Assembly (NCBI GenBank): GCA_964016885.1 | Contig: OZ024740.1 | Coordinates: forward strand, 405,170,001-405,234,000 | Origin: Eledone cirrhosa | Lineage: Eukaryota | DNA length: 64,000 bases | Reading direction: 5' to 3' | In this document: positions 49,832-64,000 of the stretch, piece after piece | How positions within the stretch are numbered: the first letter of the stretch is position 1 | How the letters are laid out: each line of letters begins with the position of its first letter | Notes under the pieces: model-generated | The model's database searches: none | Told to the model about the DNA's origin: nothing | Seen by the model: the letters and a program-made list of their open reading frames with translations, nothing else | Translations under genes and position numbers: made by a program

Positions 49832-50138
49832 AGCATATAAACAATATGCCCCCACTCCCCCCACCGCAAGGTGGTCGTGGAGGTGCCACGGCAAAAAAGC
49901 ACCCAGCCCACACTGTAAAGTGGACGTGTAGGCGCCACGAAAAAGCACCCAGCACTCACTGTAAATGAGGTTGGTGTTAGGAAGGGCATCCAGCTGTAGA
50001 AATCAAGCCAGATCAGTTCCTGTATGAGCAAGGCATGGTCAGCCGACCAGACACTGCCCACAACAGGACAACCCGTCTAACCCATGCTAGCATGGAAGAA
50101 CGGACGTAAAACGGTGATGATGATGATGATGATGACTT

Positions 50139-50320
50139 ACACACACGTGTACATGCACATACATATGCATGCATGCACACACATACACATGTACATGCAC
50201 TCACACACACAAGCCCTCGAGTAACATCTTGTTGCATGATATTGTGTATGTGTGTTTGTCACACATGTACACTTATACACGTGTGCACGCACACACATAT
50301 GCATGCATACACACACACCC
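50139..50320. repeat. Degenerate (CA)/(CATG)n purine-pyrimidine tract
   Basis: Directly visible. Confidence 0.8.
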
Positions 50321-50499
50321 ATACAACAAGCCCTCAACTAATGTCTTGATCCTACGTACACCAACCTTTTCTTACACTGTCTACTATAGACATACAAAAC
50401 TTCTGTCACAGTCCCGACTTTCGTCCCGACTTTCCTCCCGACAGCTATGTAGTCATGTGCTCACACAACCATTTTTACTACCTCCATTGATGCATTTTG

Positions 50500-50705
50500 T
50501 GAAGGTGTGTGGCTGAGTGGTAAGAGAATTAGATTCGGAATCGTGAGGTTGTGAGTTCGATTCGTGGACCTGGCAATACATTATGTCCTTGAGCAAGACA
50601 CTTCATTTCATGCTGCTCCTTCTACCTGGAGTTGCAACCGATAGAGAGTATTAGCAATTAGAAAGATCAATGGAAACATTGTTTCCTCGGTCTGATTTGA
50701 CAAAA
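50500..50705 (+). mobile_element. tRNA-head/CORE-like SINE with alternative tail
   Basis: TGGCTGAGTGG, GAGTTCGATTC and ccttgagcaagacactt. Confidence 0.8.
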
Positions 50706-51167
50706 GTCGATTGACTGTCGATTGATGCATATTTCCCCTTTGATAACTCTTCAACAATTTAGCCTCACTTTGATATTTTCGTTTTTCAAGATGGCTGACT
50801 AACAACATAAGCATTCTTCCTGGTCTACCCTTTTCTTTGTTTTTTCTATTTTTATCTATCATGCATTCTACACCTCTTTCTCCCAAATGTTTGTTCCACC
50901 CCTCTTTATCCCAAACGTTCATTCTCCCCTTTTTTTCTTTCCCAAACACCAGTTCTCTCCCCCTCTCTTTCCCAAATATATTTTCTCCACCTCTCTCCCC
51001 ATTTCTCTCTCACACCTGTTTTCCCTACTTCTCTCTCCCCATACCTAACTCCCTTATTTCTCCCTCCCTTCAATGAAAGACCAGTGTCTGAAACGTTAAT
51101 ACTCTTTTCCAGGAATATCAAGCAGTAAACTAATTTGCCCTTATTGCATTATTTTTCTTTTGTATTG

Positions 51168-51207
<40 letters not shown>

Positions 51208-51785
51208 ATGTGTGTGTGAGAGGGAGAGAGAAGACTTAAAAGCCAAAATGAATGTTAATCAATAAGCGTTCTTTCTTGGAATGCATTATCATACTTTCCT
51301 GAATTGATAATATGGATTTGTGGTTTAGCACTGAGATTGAGCTAAACCTTGTACTCTTGCATAGATTTGTTGCTGGAGACATTAGATAACAAAGAATTTT
51401 TAAATTCAACTGAATAATTCACTACATTTAATTCTAATATTTTATTCATAGAAGTTTTATTTTAAATTTACCATCGTTAATACATCCTAAATACTGTTAA
51501 TTAAGTCATGCCTCAAAGAAACCATTTTTATTTTCAGTTTTAAAGTAAATAGTTACATTCACTCATAACATTATCTTTCCGTGCCATAAATATTCTCCTG
51601 GTTGTGTTTGAATTTTGCTTCATTTCCATTTTGTATTATAAACACAGCATTTATAAAAGCAATGAAATCTCTAAATAAAGTTTCTCCTCCACTGAACTTT
51701 AGTGTGTAAGGTTGGAACTTAAGCTAAGGTCTATGTATAAAAGTATTAATTTAGACATTAGGTGGCGGACATAAATTTAGACAAA

Positions 51786-51910
51786 GGTTAACTTTGCCTT
51801 TCATCTTTACAAGGATCGATAAAATAAAATACCAGTCAAACACTGGGGTCGATTTAATTGACGTTCCCCTCCCCCAAAATTGCTGGCCTTGTGCCTATAT
51901 AAGAAACCGT
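51786..51910 (+). mobile_element. SINE family A 3' half
   Basis: Matches 8777-8895. Flanked by aatttagaca repeats (51748, 51774, 51912). Confidence 0.8.
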
Positions 51911-52294
51911 TAATTTAGACATTAGCAGTGGCACTTAGAGATGCTCAAGTACTGTCTCAAAATAAGATAAATGGATATAATTTATGAGAGATTTGACTGC
52001 TATTTCTAACAGGTTTAACTAGTATAGAGGTTTCTCTTGTTGACACAATACATATATACACATATATACATAGAAGCCAATAGTGTGATTTGAGAGATTC
52101 ATTTAGTTCTGTTGGGTCAAAATATCATGTAGAGGCATCATTTGCTAGGTGATACTTGCATTTAAACATACTTATGAAAGGTTGAATCGGCTACCATTTT
52201 TAGCTAGTTGTGCCTCTATATAGATGACTCTCTTGTTGGCTTATACATGTATAAGAAAGGTATGATTTAATGGTTATTTGGTTGCTATTTTTTG

Positions 52295-52633
52295 TGAAGG
52301 CACATGGCTTAATGGTTAGAGAACCGGGCTTATAATCGTGAGGTTGTGAGTTCAATTCTCAAACTGGGCTTTGCATTGTGTTCTTGAGTAAGACACTTTA
52401 TTTCATGTTGCTCCAGTTTACTCAGCTGTAGAAATGAGTTGCAACGTCACTGGTGCCAAGCTGTATTGGCCTTTGCCTTTCTCTTGGACAACGTCAGTAA
52501 CTGGAGATGGGTGGCTGGTATGTATGAGTGACTGCTGGTCTTCCACAAACAACCTTCCCCGGACTTGTGGTTCAAAGGGGAACTTGCTAGGTGAAAATCT
52601 GATGGTCATTCGTGACTGAAGGGGGTCTTTACA
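52295..52633 (+). mobile_element. tRNA-head/CORE-like SINE with a third tail type
   Basis: Head and core match 942-1082 up to ctcagctgtagaaatg, then the sequence is unrelated. Confidence 0.82.
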
Positions 52634-52867
52634 CTTTTTGGTTGCTATTTCTTGCATATTTATCTATAGAATATGACTATGATCTATTTTTATACAAATG
52701 CAATTTGCTGAGCTGAAGATTTTGAAGTGAAATGTACCTCAGTGATCTCAAGTACCCTCCTGAATTTGAACACATTAGTTGTGGCATGATTACAGCTTAA
52801 AATACTGCAACATTTATGTATATTATGCATAAACATATTATATAATTATAAAATTACTGTTAGGTAA

Positions 52868-53092
52868 CCCTTTTGATACCAAAGAGCCTGAAACTGCTCT
52901 GAATTTATGATCAAAACTACTCCTTTTAAAATGGTTATGCTTATATTGAAATATTCCATCATTATTTTAGAAATTTTTATTAAGTAATTTTCTAAATAAT
53001 TTTATTAAATTCCTTCAAATTTTTTGGTTATTTTCAAAATTACTTGAAACTCATAGGTTGTATATTGCATTAGAAATATGGTAATGGAACTG
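52868..53092 (+). mobile_element. piggyBac-type MITE family B
   Basis: cccttttgataccaa start, ending at TTAA. Confidence 0.65.
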
Positions 53093-53989
53093 TTAAAGGT
53101 GACAAAGGAATTAAATCTACTGTAAATTACATTACAAGTTCACTCAAGGATTTTGCAATGAACTATTTATGTGAATTCAGTATATTTTAACCATTCACAC
53201 AGATATCAATTACTGAAGCAGCTGTGGTATGATCACAGGTTAAATTACTTACAGCAAGATTTATGTATACATAAACATATTGTATTTGTTTCCATATATG
53301 CTTCTATTCTGAATCATACTGTGTTTGTGCTATTGCTAATTAAATAATAGGTAACTGGCTCTATAAATTCTTATAAACATACCTTCTTATATAATGCTAG
53401 TTCTAGTTTCTAATACACCACTCTCATCAAATTTTACCAATAAGATGATAGAAGTGGATGAAAGCAACATTTATAAAATTAAGAACAGCTCTCGTGAGGA
53501 ATATATGAATCTAAATGAATTAAATGAGTAAAAATACAGAAATTCCAAACTACTTCAAAGTTGTTGTTTTTGTTCGTTTGTTTTTTTCGTTTTGTTTTTT
53601 GTTTATTTGTTTTTATTATTATTTTTTTTTTTAAACTTTTATTTTGTATTTCTATTTCAAAACAGTCTTCAGATTTGATGTTTTGAACATCACAAATTCC
53701 ATTTGAGCATAAAAATAAATTGTTTGATTTAGCTTCTCTTCTCTCATTCTCTGACCATATTTAATGCATCAAATCTATATGAAGTGGTTAAAAAAATTGT
53801 TGGGACAGCATTTATCCTATCCCGAACTTAAAAAAAAAAAACCTGGCTGTAACATAGTTTTCTTTTATTTTATTTCATTTTTTTTACATAAGTCAAAATA
53901 TTTTTGACTGAACATTTGCTGTTACAGATAACAATTTTCATTTAAAGTCACAAAGCTGCCATAAGAGTGATCAATAAAAATGTAAACAA

Positions 53990-56900
53990 ACCATCACCAT
54001 CTCTAACACCACCATCTCCACCACCACCATCTCTACCACCACCATCTCTACCACCACCATCTCCACCACCATCATCTCCACCACCACCATCTCTACCACC
54101 ACCATCTCTACCACCATCATCTCCACCACCATCATCTCCACCACCATCATCTCCACTATCATCATCTCTACCACCACCATCTCTACCACCACCATCTCTA
54201 CCACCACCATCTCTACCACCACCATCTCTACCACCACCATCTCTACCACCATCATCTCTACCACCATCATCTCTACCACCATCATCTCCACCACCATCAT
54301 CTCCACCACCATCATCTCTACCACCATCATCTCTACCACCATCATCTCCACTATCATCATCTCCACTATCATCATCTCCACCACCACCATCTCTACCACC
54401 ACCATCTCTACCACCATCTCCACCACCATCTCCACCACCATCTCCACCACCATCTCCACCACCATCTCCACCACCATCTCCACCACCATCTCCACCACCA
54501 CCATCTCTACCACCATCATCTCTACCACCATCATCTCTACCACCATCATCTCCACCACCATCATCTCCACCACCATCATCTCCACCACCACCATCTCTAC
54601 CACCACCATCTCCACCACCATCATCTCCACCACCATCATCTCCACCACCATCATCTCCACCACCATCATCTCCACCACCACCATCTCTACCACCACCATC
54701 TCTACCACCATCATCTCCACCACCATCATCTCTACCACCACCATCTCTACCACCACCATCTTTACCACCATCATCTCTACTACCATCATCTCCACCACCA
54801 TCATCTCTACCACCACCATCTCTACCACCACCATCTCCACCACCACCATCTCCACCACCATCATCTCCACCACCATCATCTCCACCACCACCATCATCTC
54901 CACCACCATCATCTCCACCACCATCATCTCCACCACCATCATCTCCACCACCATCATCTCCACCACCATCATCTCCACCACCATCATCTCCACCACCATC
55001 ATCTCTACCACCATCACCTCTACCACCACCATCTCCACCACCATCATCTCCACCACCACCATCTCCACCACCATCATCTCCACCACCATCATCTCTACCA
55101 CCATCTCCACCACCATCATCTCCACCACCATCATCTCCACCACCACCATCTCCACCACCACCATCTCTACCACCATCATCATCTCTACCATCATCTCCAC
55201 CACCATCATCTCCACCACCATCATCTCCACCACCATCATCTCCACCACCACCATCTCCACCACCATCATCTCTACCACCATCAGTTCTACCACCATCATC
55301 TCCACCACCATCATCTCCACCACCATCATCTCTACCACCATCATCTCCACCACCATCATCTCCACCACCATCAGCTCCACCACCATCATCTCCAACAACA
55401 TCATCTCCAACACCATCATCTCCAACACCATCATCTCTACCACCATCATCTCTACCACCATCATCTCCACCACCACCATCTCTACCACCATCATCATCTC
55501 TACCATCATCTCCACCACCATCATCTCCACCACCACCATCTCTACCACCATCATCATCTCTACCATCATCTCCACCACCATCATCTCCACCACCATCATC
55601 TCCACCACCATCATCTCCACCACCATCATCTCCACCACCATCATCTCCACCACCATCATCTCTACCACCATCACCTCTACCACCATCATCTCCACCACCA
55701 CCATCTCTACCACCACCATCTCCACCACCATCATCTCCACCACCATCATCTCTACCACCATCTCCACCACCATCATCTCCACCACCATCATCTCCACCAC
55801 CACCATCTCCACCACCACCATCTCTACCACCATCATCATCTCTACCATCATCTCCACCACCATCATCTCCACCACCATCATCTCCACCACCATCATCTCT
55901 ACCACCATCATCTCCACCACCATCATCTCCACCACCATCAGCTCCACCACCATCATCTCCAACACCATCATCTCCAACACCATCATCTCCAACACCATCA
56001 TCTCTACCACCATCATCTCTACCACCATCATCTCCACCACCACCATCTCTACCACCATCATCATCTCTACCATCATCTCCACCACCATCATCTCCACCAC
56101 CACCATCTCTACCACCATCATCATCTCTACCATCATCTCCACCACCATCATCTCCACCACCATCATCTCCACCACCATCATCTCCACCACCATCATCTCC
56201 ACCACCATCATCTCCACCACCATCATCTCTACCACCATCACCTCTACCACCATCATCTCCACCACCACCATCTCTACCACCACCATCTCCACCACCATCA
56301 TCTCCACCACCATCATCTCTACCACCATCTCCACCACCATCATCTCCACCACCATCATCTCCACCACCACCATCTCCACCACCACCATCTCTACCACCAT
56401 CATCATCTCTACCATCATCTCCACCACCATCATCTCCACCACCATCATCTCCACCACCATCATCTCCACCACCATCATCTCCACCACCATCATCTCCACC
56501 ACCATCATCTCTACCACCATCATCTCCACCACCATCATCTCCACCACCATCAGCTCCACCACCATCATCTCCAACACCATCATCTCCAACACCATCATCT
56601 CCAACACCATCATCTCTACCACCATCATCTCTACCACCATCATCTCCACCACCACCATCTCTACCACCATCATCATCTCTACCATCATCTCCACCACCAT
56701 CATCTCCACCACCACCATCTCTACCACCATCATCATCTCTACCATCATCTCCACCACCATCATCTCCACCACCATCATCTCCACCACCATCATCTCCACC
56801 ACCATCATCTCTACCACCATCATCTCTACCACCATCATCTCCACCACCATCATCTCCACCACCACCATCTCCACCACCATCATCTCCATCACCATCATCT

Positions 56901-59900
56901 CTACCACCATCATCTCCACCACCATCATCTCCACCACCATCATCTCCACCACCATCATCTCCACCACCATCACCATCACCATCATCTCCACCACCATCAT
57001 CATCACCACCACCATCATCTCCACCACCATCATCTCCACCACCATCATCTCCACCACCATCTTCACCACCATCATCTCTACCACCACCATCTCTACCACC
57101 ACCATCTCCACCACCATCATCTCCACCACCATCATCTCCACCACCATCTCCACCACCATCATCTCCACCACACCATCTCCACCACCATCTCCACCACCAC
57201 CATCTCCACCACCACCATCATCTCCACCACCATCTCCACCACCACCATCTCCACCACCACCATCTCCACCACCACCATCTCCACCACCATCATCTCCACC
57301 ACCACCATCTCTACCACCACCATCTCTACCACCACCATCTCCACCACCATCTCCACCACCATCATCTCCACCACCATCTCCACCACCACCATCTCCACCA
57401 CCACCATCTCCACCACCATCATCTCCACCACCATCATCTCTACCACCACCATCTCCACCACCATCATCTCCACCACCATCATCTCCACCACCACCATCTC
57501 TACCACCACCATCTCCACCACCATCTCTACCACCATCATCTCCACCACCATCATCTCCACCACCATCTCCACCACCACCATCTCCACCACCATCATCTCC
57601 ACCACCATCATCTCCACCACCATCATCTCCACCACCATCATCTCCACCACCATCTCAACCAGCATCATCTCCACCACCATCATCTCCACCACCATCTCCA
57701 CCACCACCATCTCCACCACCATCATCTCCACCACCATCATCTCCACCACCATCATCTCCACCACCATCATCTCCACCACCATCATCTCCACCACCACCAT
57801 CTCTACCACCACCATCTCTACCACCATCATCTCCACCACCATCATCTCCACCACCATCATCTCCACTATCATCATCTCTACCACCACCATCTCTACCACC
57901 ACCATCTCTACCACCACCATCTCTACCACCACCATCTCTACCACCACCATCTCTACCCACCATCATCTCTACCACCATCATCTCTACCACCATCATCTCT
58001 ACCACCATCATCTCCACCACCATCATCTCCACCACCATCATCTCTACCACCATCATCTCTACCACCATCATCTCCACTATCATCATCTCCACTATCATCA
58101 TCTCCACCACCACCATCTCTACCACCACCATCTCTACCACCATCTCCACCACCATCTCCACCACCATCTCCACCACCATCTCCACCACCATCTCCACCAC
58201 CATCTCCACCACCACCATCTCTACCACCATCATCTCTACCACCATCATCTCTACCACCATCATCTCCACCACCATCATCTCCACCACCATCATCTCCACC
58301 ACCACCATCTCTACCACCACCATCTCCACCACCATCATCTCCACCACCATCATCTCCACCACCATCATCTCCACCACCATCATCTCCACCACCACCATCT
58401 CTACCACCACCATCTCTACCACCATCATCTCCACCACCATCATCTCTACCACCACCATCTCTACCACCACCATCTTACCACCATCATCTCTACTACCATC
58501 ATCTCCACCACCATCATCTCTACCACCACCATCTCTACCACCACCATCTCCACCACCACCATCTCCACCACCATCATCTCCACCACCATCATCTCCACCA
58601 CCACCACATCTCCACCACCATCACTCCACCACCATCATCTCCACCAACCATCATCTCCACCACCATCATCTCCACCACCATCATCTCCACCACCATCATC
58701 TCCACCACCATCATCTCTACCACCATCACCTCTACCACCACCATCTCCACCACCATCATCTCCACCACCACCATCTCCACCACCATCATCTCCACCACCA
58801 TCATCTCTACCACCATCTCCACCACCATCATCTCCACCACCATCATCTCCACCACCACCATCTCCACCACCACCATCTCTACCACCATCATCATCTCTAC
58901 CATCATCTCCACCACCATCATCTCCACCACCATCATCTCCACCACCATCATCTCCACCACCACCATCTCCACCACCATCATCTCTACCACCATCATTCTA
59001 CCACCATCATCTCCACCACCACTCTCCACCACCATCATCTCTACCACCATCATCTCCACCACCATCATCTCCACCACCATCAGCTCCCACCACCACTCCA
59101 ACACTCTCCAACACCATCATCTCCAACACCATCATCTCTACCACCACATCTCTACCACCATCATCTCCACCACCACCATCTCTACCACCATCATCATCTC
59201 TACCATCATCTCCACCACCATCATCTCCACCACCACCATCTCTACCACCATCATCATCTCTACCATCATCTCCACCACCATCATCTCCACCACCATCAGC
59301 TCCACCACCATCATCTCCACCACCATCATCTCCACCACCATCATCTCCACCACCATCATCTCTACCACCATCACCTCTACCACCATCATCTCCACCACCA
59401 CCATCTCTACCACCACCATCTCCACCACCATCATCTCCACCACCACATCATCTCTACCACCATCTCCACCACCATCATCTCCACCACCATCATCTCCACC
59501 ACCACATCTCCACCACCACCATCTCTACCACCATCATCATCTCTACCATCTCTCCACCACCATCATCTCCACCACCATCATCTCCACCACCATCATCTCT
59601 ACCACCATCATCTCCACCACCATCATCTCCACCACCATCAGCTCCACCACCATCATCTCCAACACCATCATCTCCAACACCATCATCTCCAACACCATCA
59701 TCTCTACCACCATCATCTCTACCACCATCATCTCCACCACCACCATCTCTACCACCATCATCATCTCTACCATCATCTCCACCACCATCATCTCCACCAC
59801 CACCATCTCTACCACCATCATCATCTCTACCATCATCTCCACCACCATCATCTCCACCACCATCATCTCCACCACCATCATCTCCACCCACCATCATCTC

Positions 59901-62900
59901 CACCACCATCATCTCCACCACCACCATCTCTACCACCACCATCTCTACCACCATCATCTCCACCACCATCATCTCCACCACCATCATCTCCACTATCATC
60001 ATCTCTACCACCACCATCTCTACCACCACCATCTCTACCACCACCATCTCTACCACCACCATCTCTACCACCACCATCTCTACCACCATCATCTCTACCA
60101 CCATCATCTCTACCACCATCATCTCCACCACCATCATCTCCACCACCATCATCTCTACCACCATCATCTCTACCCACCATCATCTCCACTATCATCATCT
60201 CCACTACATCATCTCCACCACCACCATCTCTACCACCACCATCTCAACCACCACTCCACCACCATCTCCACCACCATCTCCACCACCATCTCCACCACCA
60301 TCTCCACCACCATCTCCACCACCATCTCCACCACCACCATCTCTACCACCATCATCTCTACCACCATCATCTCTACCACCATCATCTCCACCACCATCAT
60401 CTCCACCACCATCATCTCCACCACCACCATCTCTACCACCACCATCTCCACCACCATCATCTCCACCACCATCATCTCCACCACCATCATCTCCACCACC
60501 ATCATCTCCACCACCACCATCTCTACCACCACCATCTCTACCACCATCATCTCCACCACCATCATCTCTACCACCACCATCTCTACCACCACCATCTTTA
60601 CCACCATCATCTCTACTACCATCATCTCCACCACCATCATCTCTACCACCACCATCTCTACCACCACCATCTCCACCACCACCATCTCCACCACCATCAT
60701 CTCCACCACCATCATCTCCACCACCACCATCATCTCCACCACCATCATCTCCACCACCATCATCTCCACCACCATCATCTCCACCACCATCATCTCCACC
60801 ACCATCATCTCCACCACCATCATCTCCACCACCATCATCTCTACCACCATCACCTCTACCACCACCATCTCCACCACCATCATCTCCACCACCACCATCT
60901 CCACCACCATCATCTCCACCACCATCATCTCTACCACCATCTCCACCACCATCATCTCCACCACCATCATCTCCACCACCACCATCTCCACCACCACCAT
61001 CTCTACCACCATCATCATCTCTACCATCATCTCCACCACCATCATCTCCACCACCATCATCTCCACCACCATCATCTCCACCACCACCATCTCCACCACC
61101 ATCATCTCTACCACCATCAGTTCTACCACCATCATCTCCACCACCATCATCTCCACCACCATCATCTCTACCACCATCATCTCCACCACCATCATCTCCA
61201 CCACCATCAGCTCCACCACCATCATCTCCAACAACATCATCTCCAACACCATCATCTCCAACACCATCATCTCTACCACCATCATCTCTACCACCATCAT
61301 CTCCACCACCACCATCTCTACCACCATCATCATCTCTACCATCATCTCCACCACCATCATCTCCACCACCACCATCTCTACCACCATCATCATCTCTACC
61401 ATCATCTCCACCACCATCATCTCCACCACCATCATCTCCACCACCATCATCTCCACCACCATCATCTCCACCACCATCATCTCCACCACCATCATCTCTA
61501 CCACCATCACCTCTACCACCATCATCTCCACCACCACCATCTCTACCACCACCATCTCCACCACCATCATCTCCACCACCATCATCTCTACCACCATCTC
61601 CACCACCATCATCTCCACCACCATCATCTCCACCACCACCATCTCCACCACCACCATCTCTACCACCATCATCATCTCTACCATCATCTCCACCACCATC
61701 ATCTCCACCACCATCATCTCCACCACCATCATCTCTACCACCATCATCTCCACCACCATCATCTCCACCACCATCAGCTCCACCACCATCATCTCCAACA
61801 CCATCATCTCCAACACCATCATCTCCAACACCATCATCTCTACCACCATCATCTCTACCACCATCATCTCCACCACCACCATCTCTACCACCATCATCAT
61901 CTCTACCATCATCTCCACCACCATCATCTCCACCACCACCATCTCTACCACCATCATCATCTCTACCATCATCTCCACCACCATCATCTCCACCACCATC
62001 ATCTCCACCACCATCATCTCCACCACCATCATCTCCACCACCATCATCTCCACCACCATCATCTCTACCACCATCACCTCTACCACCATCATCTCCACCA
62101 CCACCATCTCTACCACCACCATCTCCACCACCATCATCTCCACCACCATCATCTCTACCACCATCTCCACCACCATCATCTCCACCACCATCATCTCCAC
62201 CACCACCATCTCCACCACCACCATCTCTACCACCATCATCATCTCTACCATCATCTCCACCACCATCATCTCCACCACCATCATCTCCACCACCATCATC
62301 TCCACCACCATCATCTCCACCACCATCATCTCCACCACCATCATCTCTACCACCATCATCTCCACCACCATCATCTCCACCACCATCAGCTCCACCACCA
62401 TCATCTCCAACACCATCATCTCCAACACCATCATCTCCAACACCATCATCTCTACCACCATCATCTCTACCACCATCATCTCCACCACCACCATCTCTAC
62501 CACCATCATCATCTCTACCATCATCTCCACCACCATCATCTCCACCACCACCATCTCTACCACCATCATCATCTCTACCATCATCTCCACCACCATCATC
62601 TCCACCACCATCATCTCCACCACCATCATCTCCACCACCATCATCTCTACCACCATCATCTCTACCACCATCATCTCCACCACCATCATCTCCACCACCA
62701 CCATCTCCACCACCATCATCTCCATCACCATCATCTCTACCACCATCATCTCCACCACCATCATCTCCACCACCATCATCTCCACCACCATCATCTCCAC
62801 CACCATCACCATCACCATCATCTCCACCACCATCATCATCACCACCACCATCATCTCCACCACCATCATCTCCACCACCATCATCTCCACCACCATCTTC

Positions 62901-64000
62901 ACCACCATCATCTCTACCACCACCATCTCTACCACCACCATCTCCACCACCATCATCTCCACCACCATCATCTCCACCACCATCTCCACCACCATCATCT
63001 CCACCACACCATCTCCACCACCATCTCCACCACCACCATCTCCACCACCACCATCATCTCCACCACCATCTCCACCACCACCATCTCCACCACCACCATC
63101 TCCACCACCACCATCTCCACCACCATCATCTCCACCACCACCATCTCTACCACCACCATCTCTACCACCACCATCTCCACCACCATCTCCACCACCATCA
63201 TCTCCACCACCATCTCCACCACCACCATCTCCACCACCACCATCTCCACCACCATCATCTCCACCACCATCATCTCTACCACCACCATCTCCACCACCAT
63301 CATCTCCACCACCATCATCTCCACCACCACCATCTCTACCACCACCATCTCCACCACCATCTCTACCACCATCATCTCCACCACCATCATCTCCACCACC
63401 ATCTCCACCACCACCATCTCCACCACCATCATCTCCACCACCATCATCTCCACCACCATCATCTCCACCACCATCATCTCCACCACCATCTCAACCAGCA
63501 TCATCTCCACCACCATCATCTCCACCACCATCTCCACCACCACCATCTCCACCACCATCATCTCCACCACCATCATCTCCACCACCATCATCTCCACCAC
63601 CATCATCTCCACCACCATCATCTCCACCACCACCATCTCTACCACCACCATCTCTACCACCATCATCTCCACCACCATCATCTCCACCACCATCATCTCC
63701 ACTATCATCATCTCTACCACCACCATCTCTACCACCACCATCTCTACCACCACCATCTCTACCACCACCATCTCTACCACCACCATCTCTACCACCATCA
63801 TCTCTACCACCATCATCTCTACCACCATCATCTCCACCACCATCATCTCCACCACCATCATCTCTACCACCATCATCTCTACCACCATCATCTCCACTAT
63901 CATCATCTCCACTATCATCATCTCCACCACCACCATCTCTACCACCACCATCTCTACCACCATCTCCACCACCATCTCCACCACCATCTCCACCACCATC
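53990..64000. repeat. More than 10-kb tandem array of a 15-bp unit (TCY ACC ACC AYC ATC, with 12/18-bp variants) with higher-order repeats; runs off the window end
   Basis: Directly visible. Rare variants recur at fixed spacings of about 3710 and 5836 bp. Confidence 0.97.

Larger units (their letters stand above)
46717..50135 (+). mobile_element. Near full-length RTE (BovB-like) LINE
   Basis: APE + RT single-ORF architecture, structured 3' UTR and (GAT)n tail at 50114-50135. Confidence 0.95.

Noticed and set aside
48586-49955. Antisense ORFs over the RTE RT
   Set aside because: Shadow ORFs of the LINE coding sequence.
53971-63999. Long minus-strand MVVEM / DGGG ORFs (up to 1066 aa)
   Set aside because: By-products of the 15-bp repeat; no unique domain and an implausible composition.

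Overview
AT-rich, repeat-dense animal genomic DNA. The SINE, RTE and MITE repertoire looks like an octopus (cephalopod) genome; this is inferred, not verified. No intact host gene is recognisable. The window holds a 5'-truncated Penelope-like element with an open RT + GIY-YIG ORF (1331-2737) and a near-complete RTE LINE with one frameshift (46717-50135). It also holds a decayed ZMYM1-like hAT transposase element (about 30.5-33.8 kb) preceded by an internally deleted Charlie/Buster hAT remnant. Around these are dozens of tRNA-derived SINEs, TTAA-flanked piggyBac-type MITEs, LINE fragments (RTE, CR1, CRE-like) and microsatellites. The last 10 kb is a 15-bp-unit tandem array with three-tier higher-order structure. 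The most notable observations are a 275-bp palindrome carrying two inverted minimal hammerhead ribozyme motifs (45311-45586), modular SINE/LINE tail sharing, the composite hAT locus and the hierarchical satellite. Boundaries of degraded repeats were read by eye and are approximate.
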